A DNA stretch of 63,138 bases, counting the filler, from Reticulomyxa filosa (taxonomy: Eukaryota > Protista > Foraminifera), in NCBI GenBank assembly GCA_000512085.1. It is 17 parts of 17 records of this genome, joined end to end, with 100 filler letters (N's around TTAATTAATTAA, not from the genome) between each part and the next. Parts side by side here need not be neighbours in the genome. Positions count along the whole stretch, not along the records: positions 7,528 to 28,003 come from ASPP01000436.1; 16 more parts are not named here. The stretch is one strand, 5' to 3'. Below the pieces are notes generated by a model. That model worked only from the letters and a program-made list of their open reading frames with translations. It had not been told where the DNA came from and did no database searches. This document shows positions 13,169 to 26,223 of this stretch, in pieces (the first letter of the stretch is position 1; each line of letters opens with the position of its first letter). Both the position numbers and the translations under genes were made by a program.

Positions 13169-13874
13169 ATTTGTGCAAAGTGAAGAAATAATCATTTTTC
13201 AACAGCAAGATCTTCGAGGTATGTATTTTGTCAGAATGCGCAATTTTTTCTGGTTGATTTCCGTTTTATTTTGAAATTTTTGCAAGTTTTCCTACTGTAA
13301 CGGCTTTTATTCGGAATGAAAGAGGTGATGATCCAATCGGATGTTGAAGCAAAAATTGCGATTATCTCTTCAAGTGATAAGAAAACTACATACAAATTTT
13401 TGTGTGAAAGAAAAATATACTTTGCCAAAAAAAAAGATCAAGTATAAGATATTCGAAATAGCACTTGAGTGAAGTGGCTGCAAATGAAAAGAACAACATC
13501 TTAGGAATAATACACCATTTATCATCCCAATATTCGCAATGTTTTGAGTTGTTGAAAATGTCCTTCGGAAAAACATATCAATGTATAGACATGGAAAATT
13601 TTTTTGGAAAGCGTGCTGTATACTTGGGAGGGATAAAATTGAAAACAAAGACCCAATGATCCCAAATTACCGTAGTAGTTTGATAGGGTACAGTTTTACA
13701 GCACGCTAAATCTCCCAAATCGCCACAAAAGAAAAAAGAGTTTTGAAAGCAACACTAATTGACAAAGACAAAAAAAAAGCGTTTTACTGAGAATCCTGCA
13801 GCCAATTCCATTCCAAATTTTCAACAGAAATGAATAAAATTAAAAGAGAAAGAAAAAAAAATAATGACCATTGA

Positions 13875-16409
13875 TCAGACTTTACGATAATCAATCGGAG
13901 GAGTGTCGTCGTATGGATAAAATTCAACATGCTTCAAAGCATTAGCAGTCTCGTAATCATTTTTTTCCAAAGCTTCTTTTAATAATCTTTGTTCTGATTT
14001 CAATTTTTGTTTGTAGGGTTTCAGTCGTTTTCGGAATTGGTCTCTCTGTCTTTTTGCAACTTCTTCCAAACCAGCAGCGCGAATCATGCGATTCAAGGTG
14101 ATAATCAATTCAACACCTCGCTTTATGTATTGACAAATGGAATGTTTGAAACATCAATAAAAAGCACACCAAAACACAATCAATCCAATTTGAAAAAAGA
14201 ATCGTCTTGATCATATTATGTCCTTTTTTTTTATGATTCAACATAGTTTAACTCGAAGGCGCTTTCTGTATGTGTACAATTGCAAATTTCGGGAATATCG
14301 CTGACTGGCGATATTTAAAGGTGATTGCAAATGGTGCGATTTGATCCATGGGTGCTCGCACAGGTCATGAGCACGGAGTCGACGCTTGGGATCAACAGTG
14401 AGCAACGATCGAATACAATCTTTGGCCAGCAAAGAAATGTTATCCCAAGCAGGTGACGGAAAACTGTACTCGCCCTTTTTGATTTTTCGATACATAGCTT
14501 TAATGTTTTGTGTGCCACCAAATGGAGGGTATCCACACAAGAGGATGTAAATAATCACACCCATGCTCCACATATCAACTGGTTCTCGATAATATTTTTG
14601 TTTCAAAATCTCTGGGGCTACATAGCCAGGAGTACCACAGGTCGTTTCCAAGTAATGTTTACTTCCATCGCTTACCACACCATACGCTTTTGCTAAACCA
14701 AAATCTGTAATTTTTACTGGTGATTGAGGATCTTTCGTTTCAAACAATATATTTTCAGGCTAAATTTTTTTGGTTTTATTTTGAATACTTTGACGACCAA
14801 TCACGTATACATAATCAACCTCCTCTCTTTAAGGACTTTATATTTTAAAGAGAGGAAGAAAAAAAAAAAAAGAAAAAAGAAATAAAAACCTTTAGATCTC
14901 GGTGCGCAATGAATTGAGAATGCAAATATTTCAAAGCTTGCGCTAACTGAGAGGCAATGAAAGCTGCTTCTTGTTCACTGAAATGTCCTAATGCTACGAT
15001 TCGATCAAACAATTCTCCTCCGGTCAATAGTTCAAGAACAATGTACAAATGCCGAGGAGTATCTAAGATTTCGATTACTTTGACAATGTTTGGGTGATTC
15101 AGCTATAATTTGATGTGTATATTATTACCAACAATGAAACAAAACAAAAAAACAAAAAAGTTTTAACTCGTCTGAGCAAAGAGACTTCATCATGAATTTC
15201 TTTCTTTTCCTCATCCGACAAGTGTTTTTTCGAGACAATTTTGGCAGCAAAGGATTGTCCATCGGCTCTGCGAACGACTCTTCTTACCACAGCAAAGTTA
15301 CCCCTTTTTTTTTTTAATGATGTCATACATAAACGTTTATTTCAACTGCCATGTACATTCCTCCCCTCCCCCCTTTTTCCAAGGGACAGCAAAAAAAAAA
15401 AAAAATTATATATATATGCATATGATTTCAGGAAGGAGAAGGAAAGAAAAATCGAAAAGCGGATCCAAGCACAACAAAACTTGCCCAATTTTTCTTTGAT
15501 AATGTACGTTTGAGCGAGTTTGCCTTTGTTGAACCGATTCATCTGTTCAATTTTTTCTTCAGGAGTTAGTTTTTTCCAATCTTGTTTTCTTTTCGCTGCT
15601 TCTTCATCGTCTTCGTCTTCTTCATCGTCATCATCATCATCCTCGTCTTTGTCTTTCGCCTTTTTTTCGTTGGTCTTTGTTGTTGTTGTTGTTGTTGTTG
15701 TTGTCTCTGCCATTCAGCATCAGCTTCGGCTCCTGCTGCTTCCGCCTCAGCTGCTTCTGCTTCGGCCTCTTGTTGCTGTTTTTCTTCTTCGTCGACTTCG
15801 TCGAGTTCGTCGCCCACCTCTCCTTCTTCTTCTTCTGACGCTTTTCGTTTACCTTTGCTTTTTTTGTTTACTCCATTTGCTTTTATATTTTCCTCTTCGT
15901 TTGCGGCTTCTTCCGCTTCAATGTCGCTTTCTTTGTTGTTTGGCTTTTTGATCTTCTTTGGCTTGATTTTGGCTTTTGGGCTTTGCGTGCTTTCTTTCGT
16001 TGCATTCGGTGGTCTTTTTTTTTTATTTCTTTTTCATTGTCCACTTCTACTTCTCTCTTCCCATTTCCATTTTGTTGCTCTTTGTTAATATCTTTGCTCA
16101 CCATTGGAGACACACTTTCTCGATCTTTACCCTTTCTTCATCCACTACTCTCTTGCGGGCTTGAGGAGATTTGCTGTTATTATTCTTACGCTCCCTTGGT
16201 CGAAGTTGAGGCTTTTCTTCTTCACTTTGGTCTTGGGTACTCTTCTCAATTTTTTGCGCACGATCTTCTCTCATTTTTCGGCGTTGTGCCGGAGAACGAC
16301 TTTTACGAGCATTGCTTTTTGTTGCTTCTGATGGTGGAGTTACTATTGTATTTTTATTGCCTACACTCCCTCGAATTTTGGAAGCGGAAGAATGAGGACT
16401 GTCCGTCAT
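13875..16409 (-). CDS. Ca2+/calmodulin-dependent protein kinase (CaMKI/MLCK-A-like) with long charged N-terminal extension
   Basis: LGKGNFAVV, AAK, HPNIV, GGELFDRI, HRDLK|PEN, DFG, CGTPGYVAPE, DMWSMGV, then a basic CaM-binding-like helix RKRLRRGVELIITLNRM. Introns include 14760-14889 and 15103-15167. The extension from ATG 16409 needs three single-base corrections; ATG 15713 is the alternative start. Confidence 0.9.
15677..15703 (-). repeat. (ACA)n coding microsatellite (poly-Thr) next to a GAT/GAA poly-Asp/Glu tract
   Basis: (TGT)n run on the + strand within the kinase N-terminus. Confidence 0.85.
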
Positions 16410-16874
16410 GGCCTCTATAACAAACGCATCACAAAACCAAAAAAAACCCCTTAACGTCAAACACTTTTTCGTTTCTGACTTGTTGGCCGCTTTTACCACT
16501 GTTTCTCTCTTTTGGAGCTTTGCGTCACAAACCTTTGAAAGTTTTTGAGAAAGTACAAAAGTGAAACTGGACCCACTAACAACATTGCTAATTTAGATAA
16601 TTGCTGATTTATACTTACTTGCGATTCATCCTCTTTTGTATTTAGATTTATTTTCAAATTGCAACAGGTCCAAAAGTGCCCAGGTTGTGAGGTCTGAAGT
16701 GGAACTGTTTGAAGAAAGACCCCAAATTTTGAAAGATTGACCCAAGAAAAAAGAAAAGATGCGAGGAAGACAGTCTGCATGGAACTATAAAGTGCAAGTA
16801 ATATTTACTGCTTACTTTTTTCAAAAAATCTGTTCCAAGTTCGTAACTTTTTTGCCCACAAACAGTTTGACGCA

Positions 16875-19800
16875 ATGCACCATCAAAAGAAAGCCACAAC
16901 AAGACTTCGTCGTGTCCCTCAGTTCCAAACTAGCTACAATGAGTTATCACAGCGTGAAATTCCTGACACTTTTGATTCGCAAACGCAAATGGCTTACGTG
17001 TGTTATCACATCGATACTTTTGTTTTACACTTAGCGAATGTTGGTTGGGTGACAATTGTATGCAAACTAACACATATACACACAAAAAGAACAGAATTCC
17101 CCATTGACAGCATCGAGTGATACCATTCCACCGTTTTCTCAAAATACATGTCACAACCCACCGTACGATTTCTTTTTTTTTTTTGTGCAAAAATAAAAAA
17201 TATTGAGTTATTAGTTTAGTTGATTGGTTGACTTTTTTTGTTTTGTCTGTGTGGGGTTGCTTTACAGTCAACCAAATTCTAATACTAGCGATGCAATGAC
17301 ACTATTTTTCACAAGTTTATTTCGTGCCATGTCTGAGGGCAACAACAATGCTAACATTGGTAATGCTCCACAAACGAATGATGGCGCCAAATTGGACACA
17401 TCACGATTGAGCGAGCAAATTCTTGAGAGTGTAAAAACATTTGAAGGAAATGTACTGTTGGAGCTGAAAAATCACAAAGAGTAAGAAAAAATGCCCCTTC
17501 TTCTTTTCCATTCTCTCTCTGTCTGTATGTCTTTCAACACTATTAACCATCGAAAACAGAGAAATGAATCACAAAGTGGAAGAAATGAAAAAGCAAGGTG
17601 AAAGCATGGAGTCTATGGTTTCTCAGATTCAAAAGTTTATTGATTTCCTTTCTTTTCTTTTTTGGCTGTCAGCGAGTGGGCCTTTGTTTCAAGTATTTCT
17701 CTGAACATAGAGGTTTTTCGTATCTTTTTTAAAATATGTATATCTACATGGCAGAGCGATGGATAGCACCACAATTCAGGAAATGAAAAAAGAGAAAAGG
17801 TCAATAGAACAAATGAATCAAAAGTTGGAATTGCTATTAAATCGAGTAGAACAGTTCAGTTTGATGACATAGGTTTTCAATATTTTTTTTTTGTCTCGCA
17901 ACTGGTTTGATGATCAAGTCTCATCGGCAAAAATATACAGCTATATTTCTCTTTTTTTTATGTTGAAACATAAAAAAAATGCACAACTGTCAACAAGCAA
18001 AAGTGGACATTTCACTTATCTGTTAAACACGAAAAACAAAAAAAGTAGTTTTTTGGAGCACAAATGGCACTTTGGGAACAAAACAAAAAACTGATGATAG
18101 ATCAAGACACCAATTGGAGACATCCATGCGACATGAAATCCAAAATCACTTCAAAAATTGTGTAATGCCCATTTTATGGCAGCTCAAACGTCAGTTGCAA
18201 TCATTAGAATTTGGCCCTCAATTGAAGGAAGTCACTACAGCACAGATAAAGTCCTTTGTCTCGACAAACCAAAACAAGGACGGACATAACCACATTAAAG
18301 AAGAAATGCAAATCGAGCGACAAATGCTACAAACGACCATTTGTACTGAAAATAAAATGAGAACGTCCAGAGGTTTGTCGTTCAAAGACACGTATGACTT
18401 TCGCTCGTTTCTTTATTATCTACTTCAAACGTGTGGATGTTAACACAGTCTGTACAATAAACAAAAAAAGACCTAAGCAACTTGGAAATGAATATTGGTC
18501 ATCCACGAAATGTAAATGCAGTGTTGGGCATCAATAACGATTCCTTTTTTGACAACTGCAAAAATGATAGTAAAAATGATAGCAATGATGAACAAACTCT
18601 GCCTCCAGTTAACGTATACTTATGTTGCAACATCAATCCTCACAAGTGTTTGTGTCTTTCAATGGCATCAAATATGACTAAAGGAAGATACCGATGTTGA
18701 CTGCGGACGAAACCTTTGGAACGAAAACAATGAGGTATCCTTTCACTTTGGTTGATCAAAACGAATACTTCATTTTGTGCTTTTTTTCGTAGATCCCCGA
18801 AAGATCCTGTGACATCGGCTGTAAAAAAAGTGAAAAAGACAATAACATGCCAATAAATACCAATTGCACAGCTGAATCACAAAAAAATGTTACGAAGGAA
18901 CAGTGCATCCCGAATATTGACATATTCACCTCTGAGCTTGTTCAGGTATGAGTAACTTTTCTTTTTTTAGTTGCTCAGATAAGAGAGTGTTTTTGTTTTT
19001 ATTTTTGTTTCTATATTCTCAAGGACAAATGCAACTCCCATCTGAACTCTCCCGTTCTCAGTGGTAGGATAGCCAAAAGCGATATTTGTTACAATCACAA
19101 AAAAGTTAGATACTAGTTATTTGCGCTATTTATCTTAATCTAACTGAAAATACATTGTACACTTTTACAGATGCAGAAGACTGCCGAAATGGACACTCCA
19201 AGAGACAAGAGTGAAAATATAGTTTGTGCAAATTCTCCTGAAAGAGAGAATCACCGGGAATTTGGCACAACTCAGAGTCAAGTACATGTTCTCTTACAAC
19301 TTTTGTATTTTGTTGTAAATGAAGTAATAATACATAAAGATAAACGAACGCTTTCGTTCTGCTGGGATTGATGGAGTTTCAACAATACCAAAAAAGGTAT
19401 TTTGTTTGAAACTCTTTGAGAAATGAAACCATTTTTTTGAAAATATTTTATAGAGGTTTGATCGCTGCTCATCAAAGCGCGATACAGATGTTGAAGGCTC
19501 TCTTTCTCCTGATGTCTCAGTTCATTATCAACATGATTCCGAGTCTGACACCGACACGATAAAAGATTTCAAACCTACAAAAATCTCGTCAGCTCCGGTT
19601 TCTTCATCACTTACAGAAACAGTTAAATAGGAAAAACAAACTTTCAAATTAAAAAAGCAAATCTTCCTTCAAAAAATTTCTGTAATTGATACAGCTCAAC
19701 GTGAAAACAGAACGCAAAAAGACTTTGGAGAAAGTATTGAATTTAATGAAATCAGGATTTATTCCTTCGCAAACGAAAAGTGACAAAGAAAAAATAAGCT

Positions 19801-20135
19801 CCAACAAAAATAATGAGAACAATATATATAAATATACCATAAGTCAGGAATCAAAGAAAGTACTCTTGGCAAATGAAACAAAGCAAACCAACACCAAAAA
19901 AGCGAAAACTGGAAAAAGCGAAGCCAAGGTGTTAAAAACTAATAAAAGACGACGAAAAAGGACGCTCCAGAAAATGGAAACAAGCGATTTAGATAAATGC
20001 GAAACAAAGTGTTTACCATCAGACACAAGTGACGAGATTGTTATCATAAAACCTCTACAAAAATCGAATTGTGATTGTTGGGGTTGTAAATATGAAGGAT
20101 CATGTGAAATTGACGGCCCAAATCCAACAGAGTAA
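16875..20135 (+). CDS. Multi-exon hypothetical protein with central coiled coil and low-complexity C-terminus
   Basis: Phase-compatible exons, e.g. QMAY|NSPLT..NPP|QPNSN..LKNHKE|EMNHKVEEMKKQ..IQK|AMDSTT.., and a terminal exon 19686-20135 with CDCWGC. Later exons were not fully resolved. Confidence 0.6.
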
Positions 20136-20788
20136 AATATGCAAGATCCTTTCAATTTTTTCAAAAAAAGTCACAGAAACTCTCATTATATTCACTTGCT
20201 AACAGAGGTCGGTCCAAAACAATTTGTTTTATCACCTGGTTATCTCGATGTCAAGCCGAGAGTTAGAGAACAATAGTACGCCACCCTTTATAATTTTGGT
20301 CGTTTATCAACGTTCGTTTCTATTTTTTGTGGTGTGAAAAGGAGCAGTTACATGGTTGTTGTACCGTAGTTGTGCGAAATAATCAGAACCTGATCATTTA
20401 CAAAATGCTTATGTTTGAAATAGTCCACATTGAAGATATATATTCCAAAATTTTGGAGTCATAATTTTGAAAATTATCAAAAAAAGGCTTCAAAACATTA
20501 ATTGCTTTGTTACAAATTTATTTTACACTTCACAATACCTTCTCAATTCTTGCAATGAATTGTCACTGATTAGTATTTGTTGTTTGAGCAAAAGACAAAT
20601 AATTAACAAGCTGTCAAAACTCAACAACTAACTTCAGCAGTGACGGAAATCTCACACTATTTGCAAAATACCAACACAGTCGCGACACAATATAGTTGTG
20701 AGTCAAAATAATATTTGAGGATATCTTACTTATAAGATAAATTTTGCAGCCCACGTTCTGACATGTATTTTTTGATTTGTATATCAAA

Positions 20789-21912
20789 CTAAGAGTCCAT
20801 GATATGTTTTCCAGTTTCTGTTGAAGCATCAGTCAACAATCGGTGTTGTGCTGTTATCTTCCAGTCTGCTATGAGGGCCGAAGTATCCTGAGCGAGTGAC
20901 GAGTTTTCACTAATAATTGTTTTTCGTTTCATTATCGAAGAGTTTTTCTGATCCGAATTACGGTTTGCACAAAAACAGCAGCATATATCACCCAAAAACG
21001 CACGATTTCTTCCTATGCAAAGGGATTCACAAAGTTGTCTGAAATGGAGAGAGGCGGAAAATAAAGAGGATTCTATATAATGGACAAACCTAGCAATAAA
21101 AAAGTGCAAAATGAATCGAAAAAATAATCTAAATGTGGCACGAAAAACAGATATTGTTCATAAAGTGGCCAGACCGTCATAGTCAATAAGCTGATGAACA
21201 GACTGACCGTCGATAGCAATAAACTCCAAAATAACACTTGTTTGAATTGTGTTCGGCTAACAGTAATGGCATCACATAAGAGCTCCTTCTTCGTGTTCAT
21301 AAGTTTACAAATTGGATAAAGAAATAAGGATACAAAAAATGCAACTACCACAGTGATTACTCCTGCTCCAATTAAAAAAGTGATCCGAGATTGTTTCACT
21401 TTGTTGGCTTCACAATGAGAGTTCGAAAGCCCTGCCTGACCACTGGAATTGCGCACCAAATGTCCTGGTTTCCCTGGTGTCGTGACTAACGATCCGCACA
21501 ACACCAACCAAATTATTACTACAATCGATGGAAATATTTTGTTGAAATATTTGTCACTGAAAAGTGGGGTCATTGTGTGTGCAAGTTTGGCCCGTTGCAA
21601 CAAAAATAACAATGAGAAAAATTTTGCTGTACCATATGATAGCTGTGTGAAAAAATATCCCCATTCACAAATGTTCTTGGTAGGCAATGCCGTTGACAGC
21701 CCAACTGCTAACACTAAATTGCTAAAGTTAAAAAAGTAAATGCAAAACACGAAAATCAAAATAATCACAGCGTTGCATTCCAAGCGCGGTGCTTTTTTGT
21801 ACCAATGAGAAAAGACTGCTCGTACTTGCAGAATGATTATAATAAATACCAAGCAACACAATATCAGTGCGTAAATGCTCTCAAACAATGGTGGGATATT
21901 CCAAGAACTCAT
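20789..21912 (-). CDS. 7-TM GPCR-like receptor
   Basis: Seven hydrophobic segments; Cys at the top of TM3 (NICEW) and in ECL2 (SHCE); FLLQRAK at the DRY-equivalent position. Intron 21013-21089 leads to GRNRAFLGDICCCFC (helix-8/palmitoylation-like). Confidence 0.75.
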
Positions 21913-22141
21913 TATCTTGAATAGTTGCTCCAACTAACGGGGTGCCGTTTCAAACAATCTTATATACTGGTGAGCAATTAACGTTTTTTATGATTAGATT
22001 ATGAAAAGCGTGCTTTCTCACTTTTAACAATTTTTCAATTGCTTACCAACAACATCTATAACTGAACTACTAGAAATCATTTTGAAAGGGATCGAAATAC
22101 TTGAGTTTGTTTTTACCTGTCAATATCGAAGAAAGCTTGAA

Positions 22142-22686
22142 ATGGCGAAGGCTGAGGCAAAACATGAACTTTTTACGATCAAATTGAGCGCTTCGGACAA
22201 TGAAGCTCAGATCAAAGAGAAATCGATTAAAAAAATTAAAAAACTCAGAAGTGGCCGTATGTAACAGAAGTGACTACTTGTGCTTATTTGACCATTTTCA
22301 CTTTACCTTGACATTCGTGAAAATTTGTGTGAACAGAAAAAGAGGATATCTATGAGAAGTACTATTCCATTTTGGAAGTGTTAGTGAAAGAAGAGAAGCC
22401 ACACGCAACCGGAACTGAATTAGCTACATTTGTATTTAACTCGATAACTGATAGTAGACTGGACGAAGCTGAATCTAAAATCAAAGATGAATATAACTGA
22501 GTATGCGTTGTAAAATTTATTTCGCTTCTATTTTGAATTTTTAATTTGTAAACTTGCAGATCTTTTGGGGACTTACTTTTGGAGAGTCTTATGACAAAAG
22601 AGACTAACTTGTCATGCGTGTTAACTGGACAACAGTGTAAAAATATTGTTGTTGAGGAGTATCTCATATTGAAGATTTTGTGTTAA
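22142..22686 (+). pseudogene. Short coding-like spliced segment that cannot be assembled into one open frame
   Basis: ATG 22142 (MAKAEAKHELF...), a GTATGT donor and two later exon-like blocks with incompatible phases or stops. Confidence 0.3.
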
Positions 22687-23314
22687 TGAGATGTCCCATC
22701 AACCAAATTAAGAGCAACGGACAACAATGAGTCACAATTTCCAATAACGTTTTTGAATGAGATAAAAAAATATTTTTTAAAAGGGTGAAACTTTGTTGAT
22801 GAATGCACATGTTGCGCGGTCTCCATTAACATGCATTTTTTTATTTTCAACGTAAAATGTAATGGGATACAGAGCTAAAAATCATGAGAATAAAAATTAC
22901 AGAAATTATGGTTTAATAGTGACAGTCTTAATTCAATATTCCTACAAATTATTAAGCGTATGAATACTTTTTGTTCTGACGCTATTTGTTTCAATTTCGT
23001 TTAATCACTATTGGTCAAAGACAAAAAAACAGTCGACAAAGCACAAGAAAATCAATACTGTTTTATTTGTTACAAAGCGCTAAACATTACAATTTAGCGT
23101 TTCAACAAAGGTAATCAATTGATCAAAACAAAGAAATTAACGACTATCCAAATAAATTAGGAAAGCAAAGAGAAAAAAGGAAAGAGAAAGAAGTAGCTGA
23201 TGCATGTTGTTAGATGCATTTTTTGAAATTTTTTAATATAACATTTTTTTTTATAGCCTTTGGCTTCTTTTTAGTGGTTCAGTAGCTTTTACAATTCAAA
23301 TGTCTTGTACACTG

Positions 23315-25754
23315 TCAAAACAATAATGGTATGTTGACAAAGGTGGTCTTGGCATCGGTCTTGTTAGTGCACTGTCCACCATTACACATGCTGGGCACAG
23401 GAAACGTATTACCGTAATGGCATAAACGATTGAATGCATGGCCATCTCTTTGAGCTGACATGGTTGTATTCGCTGCAGGTTTCTGCAGTTTCGTGCACTC
23501 CGAAGAAATAAGCAAAAGGCTGTCGGATGGAGTTTGCTGGTTCTCGTCAACGATCTTGTTGTGACTTGAACATTGCAAATCCAGTTTCATTTCTTTGAAT
23601 TCATGTTGTTCGTCTTGTGTGCATGCATGGAACGTAAGGTTGTCTGTTTTAAAGGATGGAGTAACTCCAACAGTCGAAAAAGGAAGTAGGGTATTGTCGT
23701 GCGAAGGAACTCCAATATCTTGGTGCTGGACACGTGATTCTTGAACGTTCTTTGTGTCGGCATGGGTTGTCGATACATGGGACGTATCAGGCTTTGGAGC
23801 CACTTTTTTCTTCTTCCGCTTTGACCTTTGGACCATATTATTTGTTTTTTTTGTGATACACGGAGCATTTATATCGGGAGGTGAAGGAGCTTCGATTGCC
23901 AAATCAATGCATTGCACATCTTGCACAACTGGCATTACTTCTCTGTTCGCTAGATTCTTGTCATTGCATAAGCCTTCAATTACTTGATCCAGTTCTGTAT
24001 CTTCTGTCAGAGGGTTCTGCTTTAGTGCTTTCAGCATCTACAACAAGGGGAGGTGTGGTAAGATAACAGCAACAACAACAACCGGCTCTTTTTTTTTTTT
24101 TTTGGAAAAATGGCTTTCTGTTGCTTATGATTTTTTTTTTTTTGTTAAGTTTGCCAAAAAAAAAAAAAAAAAATTAACATCATGCAATTGTGGTGGCAAT
24201 GCCTTTGGAAAAATCACTTCAAATTGGATAAACAAATGCCCACGAATGTTGGGATCCCAAGGGTCAGGGATGCCTTCGTTTTGAATGCATTTAATGCTAT
24301 AAGGCTCTATTATGTTCATTGAATTGCAACAAACTCGTAACACTCTGTCATCCAAGGTTATAATGCTGAACTTATACCCTGTCCCCAAGGCATCTGCCAA
24401 ATTTATTTTTTTTTTCATGAACAAATGTCTTCCTGTCGAGATACGTAACAATTGAGAACAAAACAAAAAAAAAAAAGGTAACAACAAACATACAAACAAT
24501 TTTAAAAAAACAAAAAAAACGTGTGGCTCTAAATTGTAATCCCTCAGCCCTTATCAAATAAACGAATACACAACACATACCTTCTCGTACAAACTTGTCA
24601 TGTGGAAGTTGATGCAATATGATAACCACATCACCTGGAATGCTGTCTTTCTATTATTTTATTATTTTATTATATTTATTTTTTAAAAAAGAAAAAGAAA
24701 CATAAGGAAACAAACCGCGATGAATTCATCTGCTTCGCAAGGAAAAGTAATAGCATGTCCATGCTCTTTTCCTTGGATGTGAAAGATCAACAATGCTTCG
24801 CAAGGACGAATCCCACCAGCACTGCAAGCAGTGCATGTGTCCATATCGCTGTCTCCAGCAAGTCGCTGTCTTTGTTGGGTCTCCACCAATGCACCAATTT
24901 GCTGCATGTGTTCCATCATCCTTTTTTCTTGGCAGAGAATATGATCTCGTCCAAATTTGTGCATGTCCTCAGGTGCATAGACAACGTCCACTATTTTTTC
25001 CAATGTCGAACGGTCGTCACTTGTACAATCACGATGTGTTTTTTTTTCCTGAACCATGACAATGAGGGCATAAACGATTACGGACAATACTCATTGTCAT
25101 TGGCTCCGAATGTACGAAATGGACCAGGTCCAACTTTTTTTTTTTTTTTTTTTTTTTTGAAATTTTTTGTTTATTGCTGTTGTATGCGTGCACTTCAATC
25201 CTAGTGTTTTACCCCCTTTTTGTTCATTTAATTTTGTTCTTTTTTTTTTGTTTGTTTATTTTTTTGTTGCTCTAAGTCTTTGTGGGGTGTCAGATATGAC
25301 GCATAATAACAAATGTATGCACGAAGAAAAGCTGCACCAACCTTGAGATGGATGTATACTGTTTCTCCTTTCCTTACACAGTTGTTTGTGAGTGTCTCTT
25401 CAAGCATGCAAGATGGGTTTTCGTCCGGAGTTATCTGTTCATGAGCATGGTAATGTGTTGCACGCAAAACATAAATAGTTTATAAAAAAATTAGACTAAT
25501 TGTGCTAATGCAATTACTTCAAAGCAGGAGAAAAAAAAAACACCCGAAATGACGCAACACAACCACGCATGTGCGGAAGGGGGGAAACACTAAACAGAAA
25601 GGCCATTTCTTCTCAGTTCTTGTAAATAGTCAATAGAATATTGTTTTTGAGAGTGTCGATCATAGTAGAGACAAGATTTTGCTTGATTATCCATGGTATT
25701 GAAGTGCAAGGCATAATACGAGGTGCACCGGGTTTTGTCTAACACTTTGGACAT
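23315..25754 (-). CDS. Divergent DNAJA (type I Hsp40)-derived protein with no recognisable J domain
   Basis: RKGETVYIHLK|LDL..RNRLCPHCHGSG..DTCTACSAGG..HGHAITFPCEADE..|..PGDVVIILHQLPHDKFVREG|RHLFMKKKINLADAL..TLDDRVL..NEGIP..RGHLFIQFEVIFP. Frameshift in the A9 run at 25039-25047; ~240-aa C-terminal extension. Confidence 0.8.
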
Positions 25755-26223
25755 ACTGATATCAGCATTTTTTAGACATTGCAAAAGCTCTATAATTTCT
25801 TAGTTTAGATCAACAAATAGGCAAGAAATAGAAATTGTCACATCTAAATGAAATATTCTATTTTGTTTGAAAATACTATCATCGATTTAAATAAATTCTA
25901 AACATTCAAGTTTGTAGACATAACCCTTGAGGATTAAATATTACAAAAACTTGTGTAAAATGTAATTCCAGTGAAAGAGCATGCAAACGAAATGTTATTT
26001 CATAAAAAAAAAACATTAAAATAACGAAAACAAACCCGTGAAACTTTCACAAGATCACTAAAAAAATGATGTAGCGATTGTGGTGACAATAAAAAAAAAA
26101 AAGTGGGGTTTAGATTAAGTCAAAATGCACGATACTGATGAAGCCACACAAATAAGAAAATTTGTGTTCTGGGTTTGTTTCAATAAGAGGAGGTAAAACG
26201 AAGCGAAATTGTGCAATCGGGAT

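Noticed and set aside
15520-16420. Plus-strand ORFs with poly-S/V/C/L
   Set aside because: Antisense shadows of the low-complexity kinase N-terminus.
25134-25158. Long A/T tracts as retrocopy poly(A) tails
   Set aside because: They sit inside frame-validated introns next to the acceptor AG, with no TSDs.
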